DNA of 64,000 nucleotides, taken from Macrostomum lignano (taxonomy: Eukaryota). Position numbers and translations under genes: made by a program. Location of the stretch: contig NIVC01001661.1 in the NCBI GenBank assembly GCA_002269645.1, forward strand, positions 1 to 64,000, written 5' to 3'. The notes under the pieces were generated by a model. That model was not told where the DNA came from, ran no database searches, and saw only the letters and a program-made list of their open reading frames with translations. Within the stretch, counting starts at the first letter, position 1, and each line of letters opens with the position of its first letter. This document shows positions 8,230 through 18,867 of this stretch, piece by piece.

Positions 8230-10171
8230 GCGACTGCCGCTCGTTAAAGCGGACATCAACGGCCACGCCACAGACCTGCTAATCGACAGCGGCGCCAGCT
8301 GCAATCTAATGGACTCAAAAACATTCAAGGCCATCGGAGGCACGGCAGACGACCTTCGCGAGTCAAAGCAGCGGGTCTTCCCGTTCGGCTCCGGTGAACC
8401 CCTCACCACCCTTGGCAAAGCGACCCTCCGGACCGCCGTTTATGACGTCAGCGCCAGCATTAGCTACATCATCGTCAAGGAGACGGGCACGACGATCGTG
8501 GGCCGCGAAACCAGCGAGAAGCTGGGAATCCTACGCATCGGACCAAGCAATCCCAGCGTCTGTCATCTGAAAGACTCTGGTGAGCTCCATGAGCCACTCA
8601 GCGCTGCACTAGCGGCCGCAGCGGCGGAGGCAGACGATCAGGCAATGCCACAGCACGAGCGTCTCAGCAACATTATCAAGACCTTCAGGCAGCGATTTGT
8701 CGGAATTGGGTGCGTCAAGGACGTTGAAGTCGGCATCCACCTGCAAGACGGAGCCGTGCCTGTCTGCCATCCGCCAAGTCGCATCCCCGTGCATCTGCGG
8801 GAGGCTGCGCAGCGCGAGCTCGACGATCAACTGCAGGCTGGAATAATCGAGAAAGTGACCGGACCATCCGAATGGGTGGCACGAATAGTTGTTGTCCCGA
8901 AGTCGCAGCCTGGCCAAGTGCGCATTACCCAAGATCTGCGAGATGTGAACAAGTTCGTAGTGCCCGAGAAACAGCCTATACCGACTTTTGAAGAGGTCAC
9001 TGATGAAATGGCTGGTGCGCGCTACTTCACCGAGTTGGACATCAACAAGGCGTTTCACCAGATCCGCGTCCGAGAAGACTCCCGCCATCTGCTGACATTT
9101 TCGACGCCGAAGGGTCTCATGAGACTGACGCGCCTGTGCATGGGCTTTACGTCAGCGTCTGAGATTCTACAACGAGTCATGACCAGCGTGCTCGGCGGGC
9201 TTCCAGGAGTCCGCTGGGTACATGACGACATTATCATCTATGCAAGCTCCATCATTGAGCACAACCAGCGGCTAGCGGCAACCTTGCAAAGGCTAGAAAG
9301 GCACAACATCACCTTAAATCCGGCAAAGTGCAAGTTCGCCGTCAAGGAGGCCAAGTTTCTCGCTATGCGCCTGTCCGAGAAGGGCATCCAACCGACAGAC
9401 GAGAAGGTGAGCGCTGTGAAAGCATTCAGAGCACCGAAAAACGCGTCCGAAGTGAGGTCCTTTCTCGGCCTTGTGGCTTTTGTCAGTCGCTTTATCCCAG
9501 CCCTGTCAGACATAGCCAAGCCCCTGCGAGATCTGACCAGAAAGGATGCGCCGTGGTCCTGGGGAGCGGCTGAGGAGACTGCTTTCAGCGCCATCAAGGA
9601 CTCGATCTCCGCGAGCAGCACACTGGCATTCTTTGACAAGCGCAGACCCACAGAGGTGATCGTGGATGCCAGCCCGACGGGACTCGGAGCGATCCTCAGC
9701 CAACAGCAGCCAGACGGCAGCCTGCGACCGATCGCTTACGCAAGCCGCGCACTGTCAGCGGTGGAGACGCGCTATTCTCAGACGGAAAGAGAAGCCCTCG
9801 CCGTCAAATTCGGTTGCCTGCGCTTCCACCATTACCTCAGTGGTTCGTCCGGTTTCCGGGTCGTCACTGACCACAAGCCGCTGGTGCATCTATTTAAGCC
9901 AGGATCGCATCCGCCACCAAGAATCGAGAGGATGGCACTGAGCATCCAGGACCTGGTGTTCGAGACAATGTACAGGCCAGGCTCGACCAATCCAAGTGAC
10001 GTCCTAAGCCGGCAAATCTTCCCAGCATCAGCGGTCTCCAGCGCAGGAGCAACCAGGGACAACCACTACATCAACAGCATTGCCGAGGACTCGACCCCCA
10101 AGGGACTGGCGCTGCAACAGCTTAAGGATGCAACAGCGAGAGACGGAGATAGGAACACAGTTTGCAGGTGA
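8033..10171 (+). CDS. pol: Pol: protease, RT and RNase H, truncated before integrase; in the +1 frame relative to gag
   Basis: Protease LIDSGASCN. RT motifs ELDINKAFHQI, MGFTSASE and HDDII. RNase H motifs VDASPTGLGA, YSQTEREALA and VTDHKPL. Confidence 0.93.
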   Translation: MESQATERARRPEERRVGTATRSATWQKRACPNPRAPERCTPLPRSSRVISSSCSCEVFCLTPQRKRLPLVKADINGHATDLLIDSGASCNLMDSKTFKAIGGTADDLRESKQRVFPFGSGEPLTTLGKATLRTAVYDVSASISYIIVKETGTTIVGRETSEKLGILRIGPSNPSVCHLKDSGELHEPLSAALAAAAAEADDQAMPQHERLSNIIKTFRQRFVGIGCVKDVEVGIHLQDGAVPVCHPPSRIPVHLREAAQRELDDQLQAGIIEKVTGPSEWVARIVVVPKSQPGQVRITQDLRDVNKFVVPEKQPIPTFEEVTDEMAGARYFTELDINKAFHQIRVREDSRHLLTFSTPKGLMRLTRLCMGFTSASEILQRVMTSVLGGLPGVRWVHDDIIIYASSIIEHNQRLAATLQRLERHNITLNPAKCKFAVKEAKFLAMRLSEKGIQPTDEKVSAVKAFRAPKNASEVRSFLGLVAFVSRFIPALSDIAKPLRDLTRKDAPWSWGAAEETAFSAIKDSISASSTLAFFDKRRPTEVIVDASPTGLGAILSQQQPDGSLRPIAYASRALSAVETRYSQTEREALAVKFGCLRFHHYLSGSSGFRVVTDHKPLVHLFKPGSHPPPRIERMALSIQDLVFETMYRPGSTNPSDVLSRQIFPASAVSSAGATRDNHYINSIAEDSTPKGLALQQLKDATARDGDRNTVCR

Positions 10172-10508
10172 ATAACTCGTACAGGCTTTAAGCTAGGGTG
10201 CTGATTTTTGACTTGCCAACGCATCTCGCGTGCGTCAAGAGAAAAATAAAGTTTCATAGCTCTGCGTGTATTTTAAGCCGTTTTGTTAAGTTGCATAATA
10301 ATACACTAAGGAGATAGGAACAAGCTTTATATGTGAATAATTTGTACAGTCTATTTTAAAATGCAGAGATATTTTACATAGTTTTTTTTCTTGATTGCGT
10401 CAAAGTTTTTGTAAAATTCTAAAGCGTTTCGTTCAATTAAAGAAAAGTTACAGCGGCTTTGTTAAGATTTGAATGTGAATCTGAATGTCAATCGGGAAAT
10501 CAATACGT

Positions 10509-10571
10509 GGCGGAGCGGGGCGGAGCGGGGCGGAGCGGGGCGGAGCGGGGCGGAGCGGGGCGGAGCGGGGC
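10509..10571. repeat. 10-bp repeat GGAGCGGGGC x6
   Basis: Perfect tandem; generates GGGCGG GC-boxes. Confidence 0.95.
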
Positions 10572-10744
10572 AATGTGATTACAGACAGATTTCATAATCA
10601 GATTTATATTCTGTATATGCTACTGGCGCAAAGTTTCAAACAGTAGTATTTTCAAACAATAATGAGCAATAAACAAAGTCTTCATTTTTTTCGAATGCAT
10701 CAGCTCAGGTATGTACGAGCGGTTCATTGAGTACACTGCATACG

Positions 10745-11006
10745 CGCGCAGTGTCATAAGCGCGCAGTGTCATAAGCGCGCAGCGTCATAAGCGCACAGC
10801 GTCATAAGCGCACAGCGTCATAAGCGCGCAGTGTCATAAGCGCGCATTTTCATAAGCGCGCATTTTCATAAGCGCGCATTTTCATAAGCGCGCAGTTTCA
10901 TAAGCGTGCATTTTCATAAGCGCGCAGTTTCATAAGCGCGCAGTGTCATAAGCGCAGTTTCATAAGCGCGCAGTTTCATAAGCGCGCAGTTTCATAAGCG
11001 CGCAGT
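10745..11006. repeat. 16-bp minisatellite CATAAGCGCGCAGTGT/TTT, about 16 copies
   Basis: Direct reading of the tandem units. Confidence 0.95.
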
Positions 11007-12052
11007 GCTACAAATGCGTGAAGCTCTATTAAAATAAATATGTTGGTACAGTAGCACAGCGAGGTACGAGCGTACTTTACATGTACTATTTTATGCTTAG
11101 GGCTACCTTGCAATGTATCTACTTCGTATTACTTTTCACTCCCAGCGCCCCAGTGCACTGCCTTAGACTTGCCTATCGACTTGCTGCTGCCCATTGCTGG
11201 CAACTGCTCTGACTGAACTATGAAAATGAATATTTCAAAGATTGCTACTGAAGCGTTAGTTGGACAGATAGTTAAAACTGAATTCTGAATCATTTTTTCA
11301 CGGGACAGACAGGCGGCCACTTGAGCACAGATGAGTTCACAGGCTGGTGGTGGGATGGGCTGGCAGTGAGGCAGAGTGGAGCAGCTCAGATTCCCAGACC
11401 TGCTCAGCCAATTCTGTTGAGCCCACAGCTTATTTTGCTTCAGCGGCAGAGACAGAGGAAAAGATTTGAGCAGCACCGAGCGGGTCGGGGTCGCTCTTGA
11501 AGCAGATTGAAGCAGGCTGAGCTTCATCCCTTCCTCACCCGGCCCCGCAGCTGCCAAGTGGAGGCGGTGCGGGCCGCTCGCGAGTGAGGGGGAGGCGCTG
11601 AGCAGCTGATTGCAGAGTTGCCGCGCCCAGCCCGCTGGAAGAATCCGGCCGCCTGTGGTTGCTAATGAAATTTTCACAGGCCGCCAAACTCTGCCCGGCT
11701 CGAATGTCGGCCCCCGGGGTCTGGGGAGGCCTCCCACTCGCCCCCCCCCCGGATCCAGTCCTCGCCTTGGGCTTGCTAATCCCATTGCTGCCGCAAAATA
11801 TCCGCCCCCTGCCTGCAACCCGCGATTGTCACGTCGCCCTCAGCCACCGCCTCTTCTCTCAAGATCCTCTCTCATTCTAACAAAACATCCTCACAGGACT
11901 GGCGAACTCAAACGAACTCCCCGGTCCAAATAAGAGAGAAAAGCTGATCGAAGTCTCGGTGGACCAAAGGCGCGTTTTTGCTTCTACTTTTGTTGCAGAT
12001 CGTTGAGTCCAAGTTCAGTCCGTGCTGAGCTCCTGCTGAGCACAGGAAGAGT

Positions 12053-12512
12053 AGCTGAACCCAGTCTGAACCCAATCTGAACCCAATCTGAACCCAGTCT
12101 GAACCCAATCTGAACCCAAGCTGAACCCAATCTGAATCCAAGCTGATCCAAATCTGAACCCAAGCTGAGCCCAAGCTGAACCCAAGCTGAGCCCAAGCTG
12201 AACCCAATCTGAACCCAATCTGAACCCAAGCTGAACCCAATCTGAACCCAATCTGAACCCAATCTGAACCCAATCTGAACCCAATCTGAACCCAAGCTGA
12301 ACCCAATCTGAACCCAATCTGAACCCAATCTGAACCCAAGCTGAACCCAATCTGAACCCAAACTGAACCAAACTGAACCAAATCTGAACCCAAGCTGAGA
12401 CCAAGCTGAACCCAATCTGAACCCAATCTGAACCCAAGCTGAACCCAATCTGAACCCAAACTGAACCAAACTGAACCAAATCTGAACCCAAGCTGAGACC
12501 AAGCTGAACCGA
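12053..12512. repeat. 11-bp minisatellite TGAACCCAA(T/G)C, about 40 copies
   Basis: Direct reading. Confidence 0.95.
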
Positions 12513-13374
12513 ACCCAGTCCTCAGAATTCCATTGCGATCCACTGCTTTCATTCTGTAGAAACGACAAACAGAAACGGAGGCTGAGACATGACAGATGAA
12601 GCACAAGTCAGCAAGGCGGATGTGAAAGCTGTTGCAGATGGACAGGCCTGTGCAGCAGTGAGGCTGAGCAGTCACGGGCGGAGGACGGGGGGAACTGCGT
12701 GTGAGAAGAAAAGAGCAAAGGGGATCGAAGGACAGAAGTCGGAGCTGCCTGCTGCACTTGGAGGTTAAAAAATCATAATCAAGGATATGTAGAGGAGAGG
12801 AAGAGATACAGAGGGCTTCAGGTACCCCCCATCCCCAGTTGGAGCAGGAAATGAAAGGCAACACAGAGAGGCGGCTCGCGCCTAGCTGGCATTTTGAATT
12901 CAGTCAGCCGTCGCTCCCGTGTGCTGTACATTCGCCCCGACTGCGAATAAGGATTTCCCTTGGGACGAGGCAAGAACTCTTTGTTTTCTTCTTATGGCTT
13001 AATTTTATATTTTTGCCGCAAAAACAGGCATTGTTTTTTAAGGGCTGGGGTTTAGAGAAACAGAAAGTAGATATTAATGCCAAATATAGGGCGAATGAGA
13101 AGTTTCACTTTTACTGTACTATTAATGTACAACTAAAAATGATACACGCGGCACAGAACGAGTTAAGCTGATTTCCTGATACCTGCTGTCCATGGCCGAC
13201 TGTCTTTCACGTGAAACTCAATTTGCAAGTGCTCGGCTTAGCGTGGAGCTTTAATAGAGGGCTTTCAAATGCTTGAGCTGAGAGTGATTGGCAGCTTGAC
13301 GGGGATAGCTCAGGGGACAGGGGAGGGGAGATTGGAAATGTACGGCCGTGTGGAATTTGGGGGAATCTGGCGGC

Positions 13375-13855
13375 ATCGGCCATAGACAGCTGGGAGAAAT
13401 CGGCCATTGAAAGCAGCCGAGAGACATTGGCCATAGACAGCAGCCGAGAGACATTGGCCATAGACAGCAGCCGAGAGACATTGGCCATAAACAGCGAGGA
13501 AATATCGGCCATAGACAGCAGGGAGACATCGGCCATAGACAGCGGGGAAACATCAGCCATAGACAGCAGCCGAGAGACATTGGCCATAAACAGCGAGGAA
13601 ATATCGGCCATAGACAGCAGTGGAGAGACATTGGCCATAAACAGCGAGGAAATATCGGCCATAGACAGCAGTGGAGAGACATTGGCCATAAACAGCGAGG
13701 AAATATCGGCCATAGACAGCAGTGGAGAGACATCGGCCATAGACAGCAGTGGAGAGATATCGGCCATAGACAGCAGTGGAGAGACATCGGCCATAGACAG
13801 CAGTGGAGAGACATCGGCCATAGACAGCAGTGGGGAGACATCAGCCATAGACAGA
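13375..13855. repeat. 24/27-bp minisatellite (ATCGGCCATAGACAGCAGTGGAGAGAC and variants)
   Basis: Direct reading; unit lengths are multiples of 3, which explains the periodic ORFs. Confidence 0.93.
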
Positions 13856-13861
13856 ACAAGG

Positions 13862-14568
13862 TCAGACATCTGACTGTCTGGCGTCCCACAAGTCAAAGTC
13901 TGAGAAACTCTGCGGAAGAGCTGCGCCAAGCCGGGCTGGAATCACCAGGGCCGCCTCCGGTGGCGGCTGCGGCGGCTGCAGAGGCTGTGGCTGTGGTGAT
14001 TGCGGTGATTGTGGTGGTTGCGGCGGTTGCGGCGGTTGCGGCGGCTGCGCGGGCGAAGGCGTTGGCGCTTGGACAGCGCCGTCAGTCAGGTGCGGCGGGT
14101 CCTTGCGCGGCACGGCAATCTTGGAGAGCTGCAAGCTGCGGCGGGCCAGGGCGGCCAGCGCGTCCTGGTCGGAGCGGATGGTGTGATCCAGCCGCTGCAC
14201 CTGCCGCTTGATGGAGAACTTCAGCGCGTAGTAATGCACATAGTACACCAGCAGCAGCAGGATGCCCAGCGCGATGAAGGACGAGCAGAAATAGATGGCG
14301 GGATAGTCGCCCTCCTTGAGCGACTCGATGCTGAGCAGCAGGATGAACAGGCCGAGGATGGTCATGATGATGCCCACCATGAGCTCCAGCCAGAGCGCCA
14401 CGCGGCAGAAGTAGCGCCGATCGTAGCAGAGGATCCGCTGCCTGCCGGCCGCCCTGGACGCTCGCGGAGTCCGCCGCCGGGTGACAGCAGCCGGGCACCG
14501 GCCTCGGTGTCCTCGCTCATGCCGCAACGGAGAGCGCCGCTAGCGGTCGCGGCTGCCGCGGTCGGCAT
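13862..14568 (-). CDS. Small two-transmembrane protein with a Pro/Gln-rich tail; probable frameshift near 14450
   Basis: Two hydrophobic segments (VALWLELMVGIIMTILGLFILLLSI and YPAIYFCSSFIALGILLLLVYYVHYY), GC3-rich codons. The N-terminus MSEDTEAGARLL lies in an adjacent frame. Confidence 0.55.
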
Positions 14569-15042
14569 CGGAGCGTCCGGCTGGTGAGTGGGGAATTTCG
14601 GACAGAGTCGGTGGCGGGACGGGCGGCCGCATGGCGGTGACGGGCCAGCCGGCTGTCAGGGTGATCGGCGGTCGCTGGGTCGGCAGAACCTCTCTGCTCC
14701 CCCCAGCTCGGGCGGGCGGATCCCATCTAATATTGTCCCAATCAGGCGGCCCTCCCGGCGCCGGGAAAAGCCGGCCTCCCTTCCGGACGGTCGCCGAGAG
14801 CGGCCGCGAGGGCTGGGGTGGTGGAGCGGGACGAGAAGTGGAAGAAAAACGAGAGCCGGAAAAAATTCTCTCTCGGAGCCCTTCATCACACTCAGCTCAG
14901 CCTCTCAGCGTAGCCAATGGCCCGTCTATCCCCCTGAGTGTAGCCGCGGAGCATCGAACTTGTCATCTGGATTGCCGTGGAGCTCAAACTGTACAAACTG
15001 TGGTGAAGTGTTTCCAGAGGATGCTTCAGCAATAAGCTGTCT

Positions 15043-16014
15043 GCGCCGCCTACTCCAGATACTGCTGGTGCCGCCTACTCCAGATACTGCTGGCGCTGCC
15101 TACTCCAGATACTGCTGGCGCCCCCTACTCCAGATACTGCTGGTGCCCCCTACTCCAGATACTGCTGGTGCCCCCTACTCCAGATACTGCTAGTATTCTA
15201 TGGCGCCGCCTACTCCAGATACTGCTAGTATTCCATGGCGCCGCCTACTCCAGATACTGCTAGTATTCTATGGCGCCGCCTACTCCAGATACTGCTAGTA
15301 TTCTATGGCACCGCCTACTCCAGATACTGCTGGTATTCCATGGCGCCGCCTACTCCAGATACTGCTGGTATTCCATGGCGCCGCCTACTCCAGATACTGC
15401 TGGTATTCCATGGCGCCGCCTACTCCAGATACTGCTAGTATTCCATGGTGCCGCCTACTCCAGATACTGCTAGTATTCTATGGCGCCGCCTACTCCAGAT
15501 ACTGCTAGTATTCCATGGCGCCGCCTACTCCAGATACTGCTAGTATTCTATGGCGCCGCCTACTCCAGATACTGCTAGTATTCTATGGCACCGCCTACTC
15601 CAGATACTGCTGGTATTCCATGGCGCCGCCTACTCCAGATACTGCTGGTATTCCATGGCGCCGCCTACTCCAGATACTGCTGGTATTCCATGGCGCCGCC
15701 TACTCCAGATACTGCTGGTATTCCATGGTGCCGCCTACTCCAGATACTGCTAGTATTCCATGGCGCCGCCTACTCCAGATACTGCTAGTATTCCATGGCG
15801 CCGCCTACTCCAGATACTGCTAGTATTCCATGGCGCCGCCTACTCCAGATACTGCTGGTATTCCATGGTGCCGCCTACTCCAGATACTGCTAGTATTCCA
15901 TGGCGCCGCCTACTCCAGATACTGCTGGTATTCCATGGCGCCGCCTACTCCAGATACTGCTAGTATTCCATGGCGCCGCCTACTCCAGATACTGCTAGTA
16001 TTCCATGGCGCCGC
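15043..16014. repeat. Minisatellite: about 5 copies of a 25-bp unit grading into about 23 copies of a 35-bp unit
   Basis: GCCGCCTACTCCAGATACTGCTGGT becomes CCATGGCGCCGCCTACTCCAGATACTGCTAGTATT. Confidence 0.95.
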
Positions 16015-16017
16015 CAG

Positions 16018-16237
16018 GCCGGCCGGCACACCGGAAGCCGCCGCCGCCCCTCCCTCCGGGCCACTCACTTATTCACGCGCTCTCTCGCGCTGGCTCAGGC
16101 GGTTCCGCTGCAAAAGGCTTGGAGGGCTCGAGAAGTGCGGCGCCCCACCCCCTGGCCCGGGCGCTGCACTTCATCATCACCCACTCAGCAGGCGGAAGCT
16201 GCGCCTGTGAGCCGCGGTTCCGCAGATTTCTGCTCAG
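16018..16237 (+). CDS. Putative internal exon of an unidentified gene
   Basis: GC-rich unique island bounded by CCAG| and CAG|GTTTGT, with two open frames; no recognisable domain. Confidence 0.3.
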
Positions 16238-16454
<217 letters not shown>

Positions 16455-16609
16455 CTCTGCTGATCTCCCGTCTCTGAGTTTTTTCGGATTCCTCTTGCTT
16501 GCAGTCCCTACTCATTCTTCCTCCTCCCTGTTCGCCTCTCCCCCTCTCTTCCCGCTGCTTCTTTTCTCCCTTCGTCTCTTATCTTCTTCTCCTGGTCTAT
16601 CCCTTCTTG

Positions 16610-17535
16610 CTCCCTCTCCCTGTCTGTCTCTCCTTCTCGTCCTGTCTGTCTCTCCTTCTCGTCCTGTCTGTCTCTCCTTCTCGTCCTGTCTGTCTCTCCT
16701 TCTCGTCCTGTCTGCCTCTCCTTCTCTCCCTGTCTGCATCTCCTTCTCGCCCTGTCTGTCTCTCCTTCTCTCCCTGTCTGCCTCTCCTTCTCTCCCTGTC
16801 TGTCTCTCCTTCTCTCCCTGTCTGCATCTCCTTCTCTCCCTGTCTGTCTCTCCTTCTCTCCCTGTCTGTCTCTCCTTCTCGTCCTGTCTGCCTCTCCTTC
16901 TCTCCCTGTCTGTCTCTCCTTCTCTCCCTGTCTGCCTCTCCTTCTCTCCCTGTCTGTCTCTCCTTCTCTCCCTGTCTGTCTCTCCTTCTCTCCCTGTCTG
17001 TCTCTCCTTCTCTCCCTGTCTGTCTCTCCTCCTCTCCCTGTCTGTCTCTCCTTCTCTCCCTGTCTGTCTCTCCTTCTCGTCCTGTCTGCCTCTCCTTCTC
17101 TCCCTGTCTGTCTCTCCTTCTCTCCCTGTCTGCCTCTCCTTCTCTCCCTGTCTGTCTCTCCTTCTCTCCCTGTCTGCCTCTCCTTCTCTCCCTGTCTGTC
17201 TCTCCTTCTCTCCCTGTCTGTCTCTCCTTCTCTCCCTGTCTGTCTCTCCTTCTCTCCCTGTCTGTCTCTCCTCCTCTCCCTGTCTGTCTCTCCTTCTCTC
17301 CCTGTCTGTCTCTCCTTCTCTCCCTGTCTGTCTCTCCTTCTCTCCCTGTCTGTCTCTCCTCCTCTCCCTGTCTGTCTCTCCTTCTCTCCCTGTCTGTCTC
17401 TCCTTCTCGTCCTGTCTGCCTCTCCTTCTCTCCCTGTCTGTCTCTCCTTCTCGTCCTGTCTGCCTCTCCTCTCCCTGTCTGCATCTCCTTCTCTCCGTGT
17501 CTGCATCTCCTTCTCTCCCTGTCTGCCTCTCCTTC
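16610..17535. repeat. 22-bp pyrimidine-rich minisatellite CTCCTTCTCTCCCTGTCTGTCT, about 41 copies
   Basis: Period 22 (16981 to 17003). Confidence 0.95.
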
Positions 17536-18165
17536 TCTTATTGTCTGCCTTTTCTTCTCCCCTCTATCCTTGTATCTCATATATTTTCCCTCATTTTCCA
17601 TCTGTTCCCCACCCCTTCATCTTCATTCTTCTTCCGCCGCTCTTCAGTTTCTGAGCAGGCCGCGCAGTTCAGCGGCCAAAGGCTTCAAACCCTCGAATTA
17701 GAAATCCTGGCCCGGCTGGGGGGGGGGGAGGGAAACGTGCAAAGGGAGCCGGGATTGCGGATCCCGGGAAATCCCCCCGACCCCCCCCCCCTTTGGGTCA
17801 GTTGAGAGCCGGGGCGGCAGGCGGCTGGAAAAGAGAAGTCGAATCGAAAAAATCGAATCGGACGTCAAAACCCTGAACTGTCAGCGGAGTTCGCATGCAG
17901 CTCGCTGCTCTTCCCATCCTCTGCTGCTGGCCGGGTCTCTGCTGCACTTTCTAGGGAAAAGATGGGCAGAACTTTCCTCTGAGCACTGGCAACGCATTGG
18001 GTGGGGCTTGCGGCCGGTGACGGCAACGGAAATATTGATATTCAAATTTGCTAACTTTGGCTGGTCGGACTGACGGACTTGAAGAGTGGCGTAAAAGCCA
18101 GAAATAAGAAATTTTTTTTATCACTTCTGAAAGCTTTTGTCACCGAAACCTTGTCACCAAAGTCT

Positions 18166-18867
18166 TGATCAGGTCAGGTCAGGTCAGGTCAGGTGAAGTC
18201 TTAGTCAGGTCAGGTCAGGTCTTGGTCAGGTCAGATTAGGTGAGGTCTTGGTCAGGTCAGGTCAGGTCTTGGTCAGGTCTTGGTCAGGTCTTGGTCAGGT
18301 CTTGGTCAGGTCTTGGTCAGGTCAGATTAGGTGAGGTCTTGGTCAGGTCAGGTCTTGGTCAGGTCAGGTCAGGTCTTGGTCAGGTCAGGTCAGGTCTTGG
18401 TCAGGTCTTGGTCAGGTCAGGTCAGGTCTTGGTCAGGTCTTGGTCAGGTCAGGTCAGGTCTTGGTCAGGTCAGATTTGGTCAGGTCTTGGTCAGGTCAAG
18501 TCAGGTCTTGGTCAGGTCTTGGTCAGGTCAGATTAGGTGAGGTCTTGGTCAGGTCAGGTCTTGGTCAGGTCAGGTCAGGTCTTGGTCAGGTCAGGTCAGG
18601 TCTTGGTCAGGTCTTGGTCAGGTCAGGTCAGGTCTTGGTCAGGTCTTGGTCAGGTCAGGTCAGGTCTTGGTCAGGTCAGATTTGGTCAGGTCTTGGTCAG
18701 GTCAAGTCAGGTCTTGGTCAGGTCAGGTCAGGTCTTGGTCAGGTCAGGTCAGGTCTTGGTCAGGTCAGGTCAGGTATTGGTCAGGTCTTGGTCAGGTCAA
18801 GTCAGGTCTTGGTCAGGTCAGGTCAGGTCTTGGTCAGGTCAGGTCAGGTATTGGTCAGGTCAGGTCA
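18166..18867. repeat. Compound GGTCA/GGTCTT repeat with higher-order blocks
   Basis: Direct reading. Confidence 0.95.

Larger units (their letters stand above)
7231..10144 (+). mobile_element. Ty3/gypsy LTR retrotransposon (Mag-like), 5' half only
   Basis: Order is LTR, PBS, gag, protease, RT, RNase H. Integrase, polypurine tract and 3' LTR are absent. Confidence 0.92.

Noticed and set aside
11129-11818. 229-aa ORF as a gene or as the 5' exon of the Gly-rich gene
   Set aside because: No signal peptide, domain or convincing frame-compatible splice sites.
13207-13929. Periodic ORFs (MADVSPLLS / AIDSSGETS repeats)
   Set aside because: Open in several frames on both strands simply because the unit length is a multiple of 3; no independent coding evidence.
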